A DNA stretch of 64,000 nucleotides, taken from the IMG/VR virus record IMGVR_UViG_3300005613_000001, positions 186,001 to 250,000 of that record. One strand, written 5' to 3'. Of this stretch, positions 19,113 to 29,031 are shown one piece after another (position 1 is the stretch's first letter; every line of letters begins with the position of its first letter). The notes beneath the pieces are model-generated. The model ran no database searches, was not told the origin of the DNA, and saw nothing but the letters and a program-made list of their open reading frames with translations. The position numbers and the translations under genes are program-made.

Positions 19113-20248
19113 CCACCTATCCTCTTTTTGTTCATTTGCCTCAGATATTCTATATGTGACTTGTTCTCCACCATTCCAATTATATCTTCATAATTACCCT
19201 TTTCCATTTCCTTAATACACCGCTCTATCAAAGTTAAAGCACCCTCATGATCATTTAAAACCCTCAGATAATGACAAATCGCCATTTTCATAGGAGCCAA
19301 CCCCTTCAATAAATTGAGGCGATACCCCTCTTGTCCCTCGCCCCAAATTTGCATGGGGCTTTCAAAAAGCAAATAAGGCGTACCCATCAAAGCAGACAGT
19401 CTTGTAGATGCTGTCCAAAACTGAATGGTGAATTCAAGTTTGGCAATAATAGCACAAGTTAGCTCTAAATCACGCGACTCAGGCAGACGAGAGAAGTCCG
19501 TAACATGATCCACAGGGCATGGAAGGGTAGATTGCTTCTCGCCTAGCCAAACAGGGTTGTAGCCCCTAGACTCTAGCAATTCAATTAATTTGACATAAAA
19601 CTCCGGTTGTAAATTACGACCATAAGTTTTACGACCCCTTGCGAATATGCCAACCGACCTGGGCTTTACGTACTTGTCCGCCTCCTCTTGTTTCTCTTTC
19701 GTGGGTTTCGGAATGGGGGTATATTTGTTGCGGTAGTATTTAACATCACCAAACAGTGAGCGAGTTACATTCGTACTATGACAACTTGGGCAATCTTCCA
19801 CATATTTAAGATCAGCCCAAAAATTATTGCATCTCTTGCACTTGTTGCCCACTGCTACCTTGCCCAAATATTGGGAAGGTATAACCTTTCCTTGGGCTTG
19901 CAAAACTTCCTCCAGCTTTTTTAGATTCTTAGAATCGTGATGGAATGCTTTGCAATAATCCCGCAACCATTGGAACTCTTCTTTAATCTCCCAAAACTCA
20001 TCCACTAAATGCCGATAGAAATACTCCCGACCATACCACCCTACGGCTATTTTATAGTCCCCCGCGCGCTCCTGGGCTATCCTGGGAATACAGAACAAAC
20101 ATCCTATGCTTTCACACCCAAATTCAGACAAGCAAGAAATAATGCTAATCTTTCTCTTGTCATCAGGCTTTTCACGATCATTGAACTTAAATACATTAAA
20201 TTTAATATCAACAATCTTTTCCCGAGCCTTAGACCTAATTAATTTCAT
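19109..20248 (-). CDS. GT9-like GT-B glycosyltransferase with a zinc-finger insert
   Basis: RNLQPEFYVKLIELLESRGYNPVWLG; LELTCAIIAKLEFTIQFWTASTRLSALMGTP; CKRC...CPSC insert. Confidence 0.55.
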   Translation of the reverse strand: MKLIRSKAREKIVDIKFNVFKFNDREKPDDKRKISIISCLSEFGCESIGCLFCIPRIAQERAGDYKIAVGWYGREYFYRHLVDEFWEIKEEFQWLRDYCKAFHHDSKNLKKLEEVLQAQGKVIPSQYLGKVAVGNKCKRCNNFWADLKYVEDCPSCHSTNVTRSLFGDVKYYRNKYTPIPKPTKEKQEEADKYVKPRSVGIFARGRKTYGRNLQPEFYVKLIELLESRGYNPVWLGEKQSTLPCPVDHVTDFSRLPESRDLELTCAIIAKLEFTIQFWTASTRLSALMGTPYLLFESPMQIWGEGQEGYRLNLLKGLAPMKMAICHYLRVLNDHEGALTLIERCIKEMEKGNYEDIIGMVENKSHIEYLRQMNKKRIGG

Positions 20249-20439
20249 TTCTTAACCCTGAACATCTTACTGGGAGCCCCACACTTTAAACACCGGAACT
20301 TACGAAGACCACCACAAGTCTTGCAGCTTCTCTTGATTTCTCGGTCAAGAAGCCCCTGCTCCTTCAGATCGCCTTTTATCCCAGTAGTCAAAACTTGATG
20401 TCTACACTTGGGGCATCGAATAATAAAGTTCTTGTCCAT
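20245..20439 (-). CDS. Small zinc-ribbon protein
   Basis: CPKC, CKTC and CLKC motifs. Confidence 0.6.
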   Translation of the reverse strand: MDKNFIIRCPKCRHQVLTTGIKGDLKEQGLLDREIKRSCKTCGGLRKFRCLKCGAPSKMFRVKK

Positions 20440-20466
20440 ACAGAATAGTATAGTAAGATGCGAAGG

Positions 20467-21546
20467 CTAAACTTTAATCATGCGAATAATTCGCTTGATT
20501 TCCTTCTTGTTGATCGTTTGCCACATCTCGCTCTTGATATCCTCATCCTCATCTTCCTCAATAGCAAGGCCCTCAATACTATAGCGATAGGAGCCCTTTC
20601 CCTCTCTACCGCCTCCGCCTCCAATTTTTCTCTCTTTAAATCCGAGGCGGGCACAAATCTCATTCATATCTAAAGAGGCATTAATAGACCGTATAGAGCC
20701 AACAATTTGCCTTCCATCAACTACAGCAAAACAAACTGCTGTTTCTACCCCCACCCAAGAAATCATTTCATCTGCTACATCGGCAATTAAATTAAAATGC
20801 TTCTCCGGCAAAAGTCCGACACCCACTACGGCGATTCCATCCTCATCAATTACTGCCTCTTTAGAAGCTTCAGCTTTACGGTCAATCCAAAATTTGGGGC
20901 GCTTGAACTTTATAATTTCCTTAAGGGCTTTATCATTTCTAAACTCAAACAGCCGCCAATAACCCTCAAATTCATGCTCAGTGCAAGAATCCGCTAAAAG
21001 CCCATCTGTGTCGGTGGCAATACCCACCATTAACCCTGTGGCGACTTTACTATCCGCATCGTTATCATCCTGAAATTCATATCCATACGCCCTAATTAAA
21101 CTACACACAGTACCACAACAACTACCATTTTTAAGGTTCACTGACAAACCTTTGAACCCGCCATTAGGCAGAATCTTGTGGTGGTCAATCACAACATCAA
21201 ACTTAGGCTTATGACTACCCAAACCTGCATGGTCTGCTTCAGGGATACAATCCACCATAATACAATGTTGATAGTCGGTGGGGTTATACTCTTCCACTGG
21301 CTTCATATTAGGGTCTAGCAAATTGCACATTGCCCTATTTTGAGGGTGGCTAATTGTTCCCTCGTAGAATCCATCAACTTCAACCTTTAGCTTCCCAAAT
21401 AGCCACTCTAATCCCATCATTGTGCCAATGGCATCAGGATCAGGCATATGGTGTGTGAATACCGCTATCTTATCGCCACCCTTAACGGTGCCTTGCCATG
21501 TCTTAAACTTTTCCACAAATTGTGGTGATGTTGCAATCTCAGCCAT
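20467..21546 (-). CDS. DHH/DHHA1 phosphoesterase (NrnA-like)
   Basis: THHMPDPDAIG, MVDC, IDHH, GIATDT, GSIRS, GGGGG motifs. Confidence 0.85.
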   Translation of the reverse strand: MAEIATSPQFVEKFKTWQGTVKGGDKIAVFTHHMPDPDAIGTMMGLEWLFGKLKVEVDGFYEGTISHPQNRAMCNLLDPNMKPVEEYNPTDYQHCIMVDCIPEADHAGLGSHKPKFDVVIDHHKILPNGGFKGLSVNLKNGSCCGTVCSLIRAYGYEFQDDNDADSKVATGLMVGIATDTDGLLADSCTEHEFEGYWRLFEFRNDKALKEIIKFKRPKFWIDRKAEASKEAVIDEDGIAVVGVGLLPEKHFNLIADVADEMISWVGVETAVCFAVVDGRQIVGSIRSINASLDMNEICARLGFKERKIGGGGGREGKGSYRYSIEGLAIEEDEDEDIKSEMWQTINKKEIKRIIRMIKV

Positions 21547-21573
21547 GATTCCTTTACTTTCAATTGATGAAAA

Positions 21574-22893
21574 TTAAATTGTCCGTTCTATTTGTCCAGA
21601 TTTAAAACACTTTCTTTCGTCGCTACAAACAAATTCCGGCTCATTCTCTAAATCACTATATCTCAATTCCCACCAATCATATCCCATCCTTTTAATCTCT
21701 TTCCTTTGCCTCTTCCAATGTGAATATTTTACTTCGCTTATAATACCATCCGTTAATCTATATTTTTTTAATTCGGCTTTTTCACACGGCCAATCAATTC
21801 TAAGCTGCGATTGTATGATATCGTTAATTGACCTTTGCATAAAGATTATCAAAACATCTTTGCCTGCTAATTCTTCAACCCTATGGGCAAGTGCAGGACA
21901 TTGTAAAACTGTATTTTCTTTTAATAGTCTTTTGGCCCTTTTAAAGTTGTGAATCTTAAAGTCCCTTTCATCTACTGCCTTATAGCCCAATCTCTTAGCT
22001 ATGAGATTGGTAGTAAATCTTGTACCAGATCTTTGAGGTCCACTAACTACTATTTTTGAAAATTTCCTAAAAAAAGAAAGATCAAATGTATTATTTGTAA
22101 TTTCATCACATGATGATTGATTGTTTTTTTCTTTATAATGTTTCCTAGCCCAAGCCATAATCTTGTTAGATTTTAAAACACATGACACAAACCATTCATC
22201 ATGTTCTCGCAAGGGCGCAAGCTTTGCACGATCTGATTCTATAATGCTTATGGGCTGGAAGTTCTGCACGCTGAGGGGGACTTTGTATAGATTTGACAAT
22301 GATCCGGCATGTTTTAAATGTGCAGAAAGTATTTTAGGATAATATGCACAAACAAATCTTCTCTTTCTTATAAAATTATGATTAAAAACAAAACCAGCTT
22401 GATTTAAATTGCCAAGATCAGAAATATCAGAACGAATGGCGTAATTATTGCTTGAACCAAAAACATTGTGAAATGCCCCTTCACCCTTATCAAATCTAAA
22501 CATCAAATGTTGCCAAAACACAACTTCCGCATTGCCAATGGCATTAGCATAATCAATCGCCTCTTTCAATGAAGGACCAAACCAATCATCATCATCAATT
22601 GGTATAATCCATTTATACTTCTTCGCCTCATCAATAGAATAACATACAGGAATTCCCGTTTTAGAAAGACATTCTTGAGATAACTCTTTTAATTTTTGTC
22701 TAAATTCTAAAAAATGAGGAAATTTTAATAAATTTGACCTGATTCTTTTATATGAATGCTCACGCCTGTTACGGGTATGAAAAGTTGGATATTGAGGAAG
22801 ATACCTCGGTAGATCTTCATACCACAAGGGATGAAGTTCACGCCAATCAACGGTTTTCCGCACAAGAATAGTGCAATCCATAATTAATCCCAA
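21574..22893 (-). CDS. Fusion of a GT-A-like domain and a sulfotransferase-fold domain
   Basis: WIIPIDDDDWF in the N-half; SGPQRSGT 5'-PSB loop and IFMQRSINDIIQS in the C-half. Confidence 0.6.
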   Translation of the reverse strand: MGLIMDCTILVRKTVDWRELHPLWYEDLPRYLPQYPTFHTRNRREHSYKRIRSNLLKFPHFLEFRQKLKELSQECLSKTGIPVCYSIDEAKKYKWIIPIDDDDWFGPSLKEAIDYANAIGNAEVVFWQHLMFRFDKGEGAFHNVFGSSNNYAIRSDISDLGNLNQAGFVFNHNFIRKRRFVCAYYPKILSAHLKHAGSLSNLYKVPLSVQNFQPISIIESDRAKLAPLREHDEWFVSCVLKSNKIMAWARKHYKEKNNQSSCDEITNNTFDLSFFRKFSKIVVSGPQRSGTRFTTNLIAKRLGYKAVDERDFKIHNFKRAKRLLKENTVLQCPALAHRVEELAGKDVLIIFMQRSINDIIQSQLRIDWPCEKAELKKYRLTDGIISEVKYSHWKRQRKEIKRMGYDWWELRYSDLENEPEFVCSDERKCFKSGQIERTI

Positions 22894-23258
22894 ACTAATT
22901 GATTACTTCGCAACCAGTCAGTCAAAGCAAAACGTTTTTTATCTTTGACAAGATATACCTCAACATCCCATGTGTGGTCACGCTTCTTAATCAAAACAAC
23001 TTCGGGCTTAGAAGATGAATTTATTAATTGTATAACTTTTTTTGTTGCCTTAGATGGGGTCTTGATCTTTAACTGCCCTTTAATTCTTTGCTGATTATCA
23101 AGCACAATATCAAACTCATGCCCTTGAAGAACCTGAATCTTTGATATTTTATAGCGTTGATTTAAAAAATCACTGTACTTGGCATAATCCATAAAAATCA
23201 CAGTACCAAGAGCTATCATCATGAAAAGAAGCAACATCGTTATTCTTTTACTCTGCAT
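22884..23258 (-). CDS. Membrane-anchored protein, possibly a degenerate SNase-like OB fold
   Basis: N-terminal TM helix; weak thermonuclease-like layout without catalytic residues. Confidence 0.4.
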   Translation of the reverse strand: MQSKRITMLLLFMMIALGTVIFMDYAKYSDFLNQRYKISKIQVLQGHEFDIVLDNQQRIKGQLKIKTPSKATKKVIQLINSSSKPEVVLIKKRDHTWDVEVYLVKDKKRFALTDWLRSNQLVWD

Positions 23259-23775
23259 CTTTTACCACCTGCAATGCGTCTAGTCCATCAATGACTTCCT
23301 TCATCCACAAATTGTATTTACGCGCATTCTCTGCAAAAACTACTAAATCTAATGGATGAACCTTCCACTTTGGATCACCATTATCATCATATTTCACCTG
23401 ATCGGAATACTGTACTCTGCCCCAGTCGTCCTTCACAACCTTTGCTTTCCCGTTGATTTCCTGGGTAAGAGGCTCATATTCAACATCACACCTTGTCAAA
23501 TGAAGATCCAAAAGAGCCTCCCTTTGAGCATCATTTAAAATCTGATACCATACATCCACACAAAGCGTTATGCAAAAATCGTACTTAGTGCCTTGCCAAA
23601 TTTTATTAAAATCAGAAAACTTGAGCACTTTTCCTAAATTTAACTTGCCCTGGGTGAAAGGCTTAGAATCAGCCATGCAAACGGCTATGTTGGCAGTCTC
23701 TAATTGGGGGTGATTAACCTTGATCTCATTCAACAAATCAATAACTGGGGGCGGGGCCTTGGTAATAATAGGCAT
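23248..23775 (-). CDS. Phage metallopeptidase-like protein with a degenerate active site
   Basis: DFCITLCVDVW...QREALLDLHLTRC aligns by eye to the ...QREALIDHELxH pattern, but HExxH is lost. Confidence 0.5.
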   Translation of the reverse strand: MPIITKAPPPVIDLLNEIKVNHPQLETANIAVCMADSKPFTQGKLNLGKVLKFSDFNKIWQGTKYDFCITLCVDVWYQILNDAQREALLDLHLTRCDVEYEPLTQEINGKAKVVKDDWGRVQYSDQVKYDDNGDPKWKVHPLDLVVFAENARKYNLWMKEVIDGLDALQVVKDAE

Positions 23776-23794
23776 AGTAATCTCCTTTTCCCCG

Positions 23795-23823
23795 ATTTTA
23801 TATTAAAGTTAATCAGGTGTCAA
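23795..23823 (-). promoter_or_regulatory. Sigma-70-type promoter
   Basis: TTGACA-17 nt-TAAAAT on the minus strand, upstream of AGGAG RBS and ATG 23775. Confidence 0.7.
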
Positions 23824-23829
23824 CAGAGA

Positions 23830-24420
23830 TTAGGTCAAATAAGACTTCAAGAAATCAGGCGAAATTGAATCACTTAATGCATCTATCTGCGCCTTCATAT
23901 TTTCTATTTGAGTTTGAATTTTCTTGCCCTGGTCACTCTTAGCCAAAGCATCCTTGTTGTTCAGCTTGCTTTCTAATTCATGAAGATTCACTTTCATGTC
24001 GTGAAGCTGCTCCAACTGGTTAACATCAGCCAAATTGGGCTTATAATTTTGATCTTTTCCGACAGAAGCGGGTTGAATGGGGTTAGCAGCATTGGCAACA
24101 GTAGAAGCAACATCTCCTATTTCCTTTTTGCCAAGATCAGGCTCTATAGGTTGAGGAGCAGGCGTAATCCGATCATCTTCATTCAAATTCTCCTCGCATG
24201 CCGGGTCCACTCCAACTTGGTACTTGCACCCACTTAACTTATTCCAATATTCAACATCGCCCTCCTGAAGCAATTTGGGGGCGGGGGTATTGCTTTGCCC
24301 AAAGAAATCTTCTTTTTCTACGCCAGCCTCAGGCTTAGTGGTAGGAGACTCAATGGTGCCATCCTTTTGAGCCTTATCCCACATATCCACCCATTTATCG
24401 AATTTATTGTTGTCTGTCAT
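23830..24420 (-). CDS. Hypothetical protein with a C-terminal coiled coil
   Basis: 196-aa ORF; TATATA upstream. Confidence 0.6.
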   Translation of the reverse strand: MTDNNKFDKWVDMWDKAQKDGTIESPTTKPEAGVEKEDFFGQSNTPAPKLLQEGDVEYWNKLSGCKYQVGVDPACEENLNEDDRITPAPQPIEPDLGKKEIGDVASTVANAANPIQPASVGKDQNYKPNLADVNQLEQLHDMKVNLHELESKLNNKDALAKSDQGKKIQTQIENMKAQIDALSDSISPDFLKSYLT

Positions 24421-24469
24421 AATAATTTATATATTAGTCAATTTGTCATTTTATAAACTAAATAGGATT

Positions 24470-25684
24470 ATGTTTAGTTGCATTAACGAATGTGGACAAT
24501 GGGGGCAAAGCTCTGCGATGATCGGCCCGAGCTTTAGCAGTACAAATTTAGCACATCTCCCTGCTATCACGCTCTGCGGACATAACGTTGTAGCATCAGC
24601 AGGACAATTTACTTACAGCGTAAGAAGTTGCGCCGACTCAGCAACCATAACCGTTAATAATACAACTTATAAAGAAGAAAGACAAAGAGGCATTTACCTA
24701 TTTAATCCCCCTTTTGCTACCTTGGCAGACGACGACTCGCCGCCTGTCGATCAAGTCAATGTGACTGATGCATGCCCCCAAGGAGCAATCGACTGGAAAT
24801 GGGATACTTTACCAGATGGGCAATCGGCAGATTGGCAACGTGTGGATGATAGACCATGTGCTGCTGGTGCGGTGGCGGAAAAACCCGATAGAGACCCCCC
24901 AACAAACTTTCAAGGAGACCCGATACATGGAGGCACGGGTCAAACGTGTTGCGAATGCCAAAGTGGAACTGTTACTTATAGATCAGAAGGGGATGCTTTC
25001 GGTAATAATTTTACATGGGGCGATCCCATAGAAAATTGCGAAAATAACGCAATCGCGCCATCAGGAAGCGAACCCGAAACACCACCAACTAGACTTTTTG
25101 AAAGTGTAGAGAAGTGTTGTGTGTGTGAGTGTGGCGAAACAACATTTACCTTCCATGCCCCTACCGTGCCTACTAGTTTTGGCACTTGTAGCTGGGAATG
25201 GTCGGCCCAATTTAGACGCTGGTTGAAAACCTCAGACGACTGCACTAATCATGGAACTTGCGTTGCGCCATCTGGGACAGGTCCGGGCACCAGAACCACA
25301 TATTGTGATTCTCCTTATGGACATTGTATTTATAAATGGGTCACAAACCCATCAGAAGGATGGGTTCTTCTATATAATGGCTGTAAGGATGGCCCCACAG
25401 GGCAGGGCACACCCACTGAGCCGCCTGAGAATAATCCTCAGGGTTTTAGAACGTACAAGACACCATGTACGCCTCCTAATGTTGGTGGAGGATCGTGGCG
25501 ATTTAGAGACAAAGACGGAAACGACGGGCGGGATTGTGATGATGGAGCCGATGTGCCCAGCACCCCCAGTAGAGAAGACGAAGACGAAGACGGAGACATA
25601 CAAGTAATATGCTGCGAGGATTGCCCAAGTGTGAGCTTGTTGTCCCCAACACCAGCAGAATTAACTCCCTTCTGGGACTTCTGA
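24470..25684 (+). CDS. Cys/Trp/Pro-rich repeat protein, possibly a virion fibre or decoration protein
   Basis: Start moved to ATG 24470 (AGGA RBS; TAAATA at 24459-24464); several ~50-aa Cys/Trp-containing units. Confidence 0.55.
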   Translation: MFSCINECGQWGQSSAMIGPSFSSTNLAHLPAITLCGHNVVASAGQFTYSVRSCADSATITVNNTTYKEERQRGIYLFNPPFATLADDDSPPVDQVNVTDACPQGAIDWKWDTLPDGQSADWQRVDDRPCAAGAVAEKPDRDPPTNFQGDPIHGGTGQTCCECQSGTVTYRSEGDAFGNNFTWGDPIENCENNAIAPSGSEPETPPTRLFESVEKCCVCECGETTFTFHAPTVPTSFGTCSWEWSAQFRRWLKTSDDCTNHGTCVAPSGTGPGTRTTYCDSPYGHCIYKWVTNPSEGWVLLYNGCKDGPTGQGTPTEPPENNPQGFRTYKTPCTPPNVGGGSWRFRDKDGNDGRDCDDGADVPSTPSREDEDEDGDIQVICCEDCPSVSLLSPTPAELTPFWDF

Positions 25685-26152
25685 TTCAGGTTCTATAACT
25701 TTCGTTTCAATCACTGTTCCATTTCCTAAATCATCTACACTATCAACAAACTGGTCAAGGTTTTTCATTTCAATGAGACTCCAATGAGGATCATCTTCAG
25801 GGACATTCTCTGGTTTCGTCCAATAAAACTGCTCGAATTTATATTTATAGATTTTTTCAGCTACATCTTCCACCGACATGCCGGAATGTAAATCTTCCGC
25901 CATTTCTCCACACACCCTCAATGAATCACCTTCAACAGCGCCTCCTAATTTTCTCAGCAAGATAGCACATTCTTGAGCTTTATACGTATTCACCAGCAAA
26001 TTAAGAATATCGCGTTTTAAGTTGCCATCTACGAATTCAACAATAGCCGTATACTTAGCCATTGTTTGCCCTCGCTCGGGCTTATGATTTCTATTCACTT
26101 CAAAAAAGTGTTCATGAAAATTAGATTCATCAATTATCAGTTCTTCTGTCAT
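25661..26152 (-). CDS. Hypothetical protein
   Basis: Probable ATG at 26152 (MTEELIIDE), with GGAG upstream inside the dnaE 3' end. Confidence 0.55.
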   Translation of the reverse strand: MTEELIIDESNFHEHFFEVNRNHKPERGQTMAKYTAIVEFVDGNLKRDILNLLVNTYKAQECAILLRKLGGAVEGDSLRVCGEMAEDLHSGMSVEDVAEKIYKYKFEQFYWTKPENVPEDDPHWSLIEMKNLDQFVDSVDDLGNGTVIETKVIEPESEVPEGS

Positions 26153-28991
26153 TATTTTCTCCCCATTCCATAACGAACACACGGCTATCTCTCTCTTTGG
26201 GAGGTAGCATATGTCGCTTATGTCTTTGTGGGCTATCTAGTGTATATCCAAATTTAGTAGGCGGTTGAACCCTAATACGTAAAAGGTTAGCGCCTGTGAA
26301 TTCTTCTTCAAATCGTTCCCAATCATTGGCCCAGACAGTTACATATTGTCTTTCTCCATTACCATCTTCAACCCATATATTATAATTAAACCCCTTACCA
26401 TTTTTCCAATCTCTTTTTTTATGAGATACAACAACCACTTCTACAGGGCCAACAGTAGCACCATCCCGCATTTCTAACCGTAATTGAGAAAATGTGCAAC
26501 CTGTATAATCTGGGCTTTTCTCTAAAGGGTGGTTCCAAATGAATCCCAGATACTTAGTCTCCGCCGATTCAGGGGAAGTATAGATTTCTTCTAATTCTTT
26601 TGGAATATAAGTATCATCACTTGTAGGATCAAATTTATCAAATGTGAATGGATTTTCGTCTGCTTCCGCCTCTTTTTTAAGATATCCTTTGATGGATCTT
26701 TCTCGTTTGCCCCATAAAGTCTTTAATCTTTTCCATTTATTCAGATTCTTCTTTTGAACTTTCCCATATTTAGGACCAGGAGTGCGACATACTTCCTCAA
26801 CAATGTCATCTTCATCAAACAATTGTTGCCACAATTCTAAATTAGACTCATCAAACGTTGCCAATTCATCATGGTCAGCAAGTATTTCTTTCAACTCACT
26901 ATCATACCTATCCAAAGTTTTCTGGTATCTCTTCCCACGATCTATCCTATTTTTCTCCGCAGCCTTAAAGTTTTCGTAATATTTATACAATGTAACGGGA
27001 TCGCCCTCATCAAAAAGATTAAGACCCAAAAGCGGCTTGATAACTGTGGCATCTGTACCAAAGAATCTTAAGAACTGTTCAAGAGATGCATAGGGCTGTC
27101 CTTGAACAATTTTCTCAGCATTTGACTCACCCACCCCTTTGATATTTGAAAGTCCAAAATAAATCTTATCATCAGGCGAAGGCTCTTCATTCTCTTGGAT
27201 GATTGCAAATCTCACATTTGATTTACTAATATTGACTGGCTCTACGGGGATATCATGAATTACCGCCTCAGTTTTATACTCTCTAATTTTGTCCTCTTTT
27301 GTTTCACAGCTTAGAATACCAGCGTAGAATTCAAGTGGGTAATGGGCTTTTAGCCAAAGAAGTCTTGAGCTTACATAAGTGTAGGCTACCGCGTGGCTTT
27401 TGTTAAATCCATAAGCCGCGAATGCTTCAATTTGATCCCATAGGAATCTAGTATTTGCTGCTGCGGCTGTTTGGTGGATATTTTCTTTTGTGAGTTTGGA
27501 CGGATATTGAAGTTTATACAAATAAGCAACGTATCCCAGAGATTTAGCGTAAGCATTCTCCATACCTTCATAAAATGCATAATTCGCCACTTCTCGTTCT
27601 AATTCTTCAAATGAATCTTTATGGAGTCCAATCAGAGGCGTAACAACTTCTTTTGCATCTTTCGGGATTTCGGGCTCACAATCACGTACTAATATTTTAG
27701 CCCCATTTTCAAGAAACATCTCTTTATACTTACCAAAAATCTCAACCTTCTTCTTACTAATAGCCTTTCTCACTTTTTCAGTGTGACTATCAGGAACCCC
27801 ACCAATATATTGGAGAACCTTCATAACCTGTTCTTGATAAGCCATTACCCCGTAGGTATTCCCTAGAATACTTTCCATAGCTGGGTGTATCGTATATGGT
27901 TCTTCTCCCTTCTTTCTTTTTACATACTTCTCCGCCATGCCCATTCCCAACGGACCAGGGCGATATAAGGCTGTGTACGCTACCAAATCATCGAAACTTG
28001 TAACGCCTCCTTGTTTTACCAATGATCTTATTCCAGGGGAATCAAATTGGAACACGCATTTTAAATCCCCCTTGTTTGCCATTGCAATCGCTTTGGCATC
28101 ATCTAGATAAGCCGTATCTGACCAATCCCGTTGTCCAGGTAATGCGCAGATTGAATCCAAACCATGACGAGCTTTCACTAATTGACAAATTCTACCAATT
28201 TGTTCCAAGTTCGTAATTACAAGAAGATCAAATTTTACCAGACCCAATGGCCCAAGCTCCTGTGCATTCAATCCCTCAACAAAGGCAGAGGTAATTTGTT
28301 CAGCCCTATCAACCACAAGGGGAACAAAATTACCAAGAGGTTTATTAGAAATAATCAAACCCGCAGCATGCTTGCCCATGCTCTTATTGCGATTTGTGAG
28401 CTTTCTAGCCGCATTGTAAATATCAGGATTCGCTTCACAAAACTCTGCAAGGGCAGGATTTAATCGCAGTGCGTCTTCCCAAGTAACCGCATCACCCTCT
28501 TCATCTTTATCTACTAAATATTTGGTAATTGCCACCATTTCATCCCGACTCTTACCATAAACCTTAGCAATATCAATAAGAGAGCTACGCATACCAAACG
28601 TATTATAACTGCCGATATTGCAAACCCGTTCTGGACCGAAGGCATTAGGTGCCCATTCCTCCTTCAAATAATCTCGTATTGTCTTGTGGAAGTCTACATC
28701 TACATCAGGCATATCCCCATCAAATTCAAAAACAGGCTTCTCATTAATATCAAAATCAGGAACCAAATTTAAAAGATAAGCTACCAAGAGATTGTTTTGA
28801 TTAACAGGATAACGGATTTTCTTTTCTTGAAACTCATCGTATAAATCAACAAAATATTGAGCTTCATTCTTGGTTTTTATAGCCTTAATCTCCTCAGACA
28901 ATCGCCCCTTGTGTAGATCATCCTCTAAACCCCGCCTCTTTAAAGCGCTAGCACACAAATAAATCAGTCTATCTTGGTAGTTCATAAGCAT
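26130..28991 (-). CDS. dnaE: DNA polymerase III alpha (DnaE), C-terminal catalytic polypeptide of a split enzyme
   Basis: MPDVDVDF catalytic motif, GKHAAGLII, KFDLL, VFQFDS, ALYRPGP, YQEQVM, YGFNKSHA, GLSNIKGVG, C-terminal OB fold; no PHP domain; start probably 28991 or 28985. Confidence 0.92.
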   Translation of the reverse strand: MLMNYQDRLIYLCASALKRRGLEDDLHKGRLSEEIKAIKTKNEAQYFVDLYDEFQEKKIRYPVNQNNLLVAYLLNLVPDFDINEKPVFEFDGDMPDVDVDFHKTIRDYLKEEWAPNAFGPERVCNIGSYNTFGMRSSLIDIAKVYGKSRDEMVAITKYLVDKDEEGDAVTWEDALRLNPALAEFCEANPDIYNAARKLTNRNKSMGKHAAGLIISNKPLGNFVPLVVDRAEQITSAFVEGLNAQELGPLGLVKFDLLVITNLEQIGRICQLVKARHGLDSICALPGQRDWSDTAYLDDAKAIAMANKGDLKCVFQFDSPGIRSLVKQGGVTSFDDLVAYTALYRPGPLGMGMAEKYVKRKKGEEPYTIHPAMESILGNTYGVMAYQEQVMKVLQYIGGVPDSHTEKVRKAISKKKVEIFGKYKEMFLENGAKILVRDCEPEIPKDAKEVVTPLIGLHKDSFEELEREVANYAFYEGMENAYAKSLGYVAYLYKLQYPSKLTKENIHQTAAAANTRFLWDQIEAFAAYGFNKSHAVAYTYVSSRLLWLKAHYPLEFYAGILSCETKEDKIREYKTEAVIHDIPVEPVNISKSNVRFAIIQENEEPSPDDKIYFGLSNIKGVGESNAEKIVQGQPYASLEQFLRFFGTDATVIKPLLGLNLFDEGDPVTLYKYYENFKAAEKNRIDRGKRYQKTLDRYDSELKEILADHDELATFDESNLELWQQLFDEDDIVEEVCRTPGPKYGKVQKKNLNKWKRLKTLWGKRERSIKGYLKKEAEADENPFTFDKFDPTSDDTYIPKELEEIYTSPESAETKYLGFIWNHPLEKSPDYTGCTFSQLRLEMRDGATVGPVEVVVVSHKKRDWKNGKGFNYNIWVEDGNGERQYVTVWANDWERFEEEFTGANLLRIRVQPPTKFGYTLDSPQRHKRHMLPPKERDSRVFVMEWGENNDRRTDN

Positions 28992-29031
28992 AAATATAAT
29001 TGATTCTCTATAAATCGTCAAGGGAGACAAT

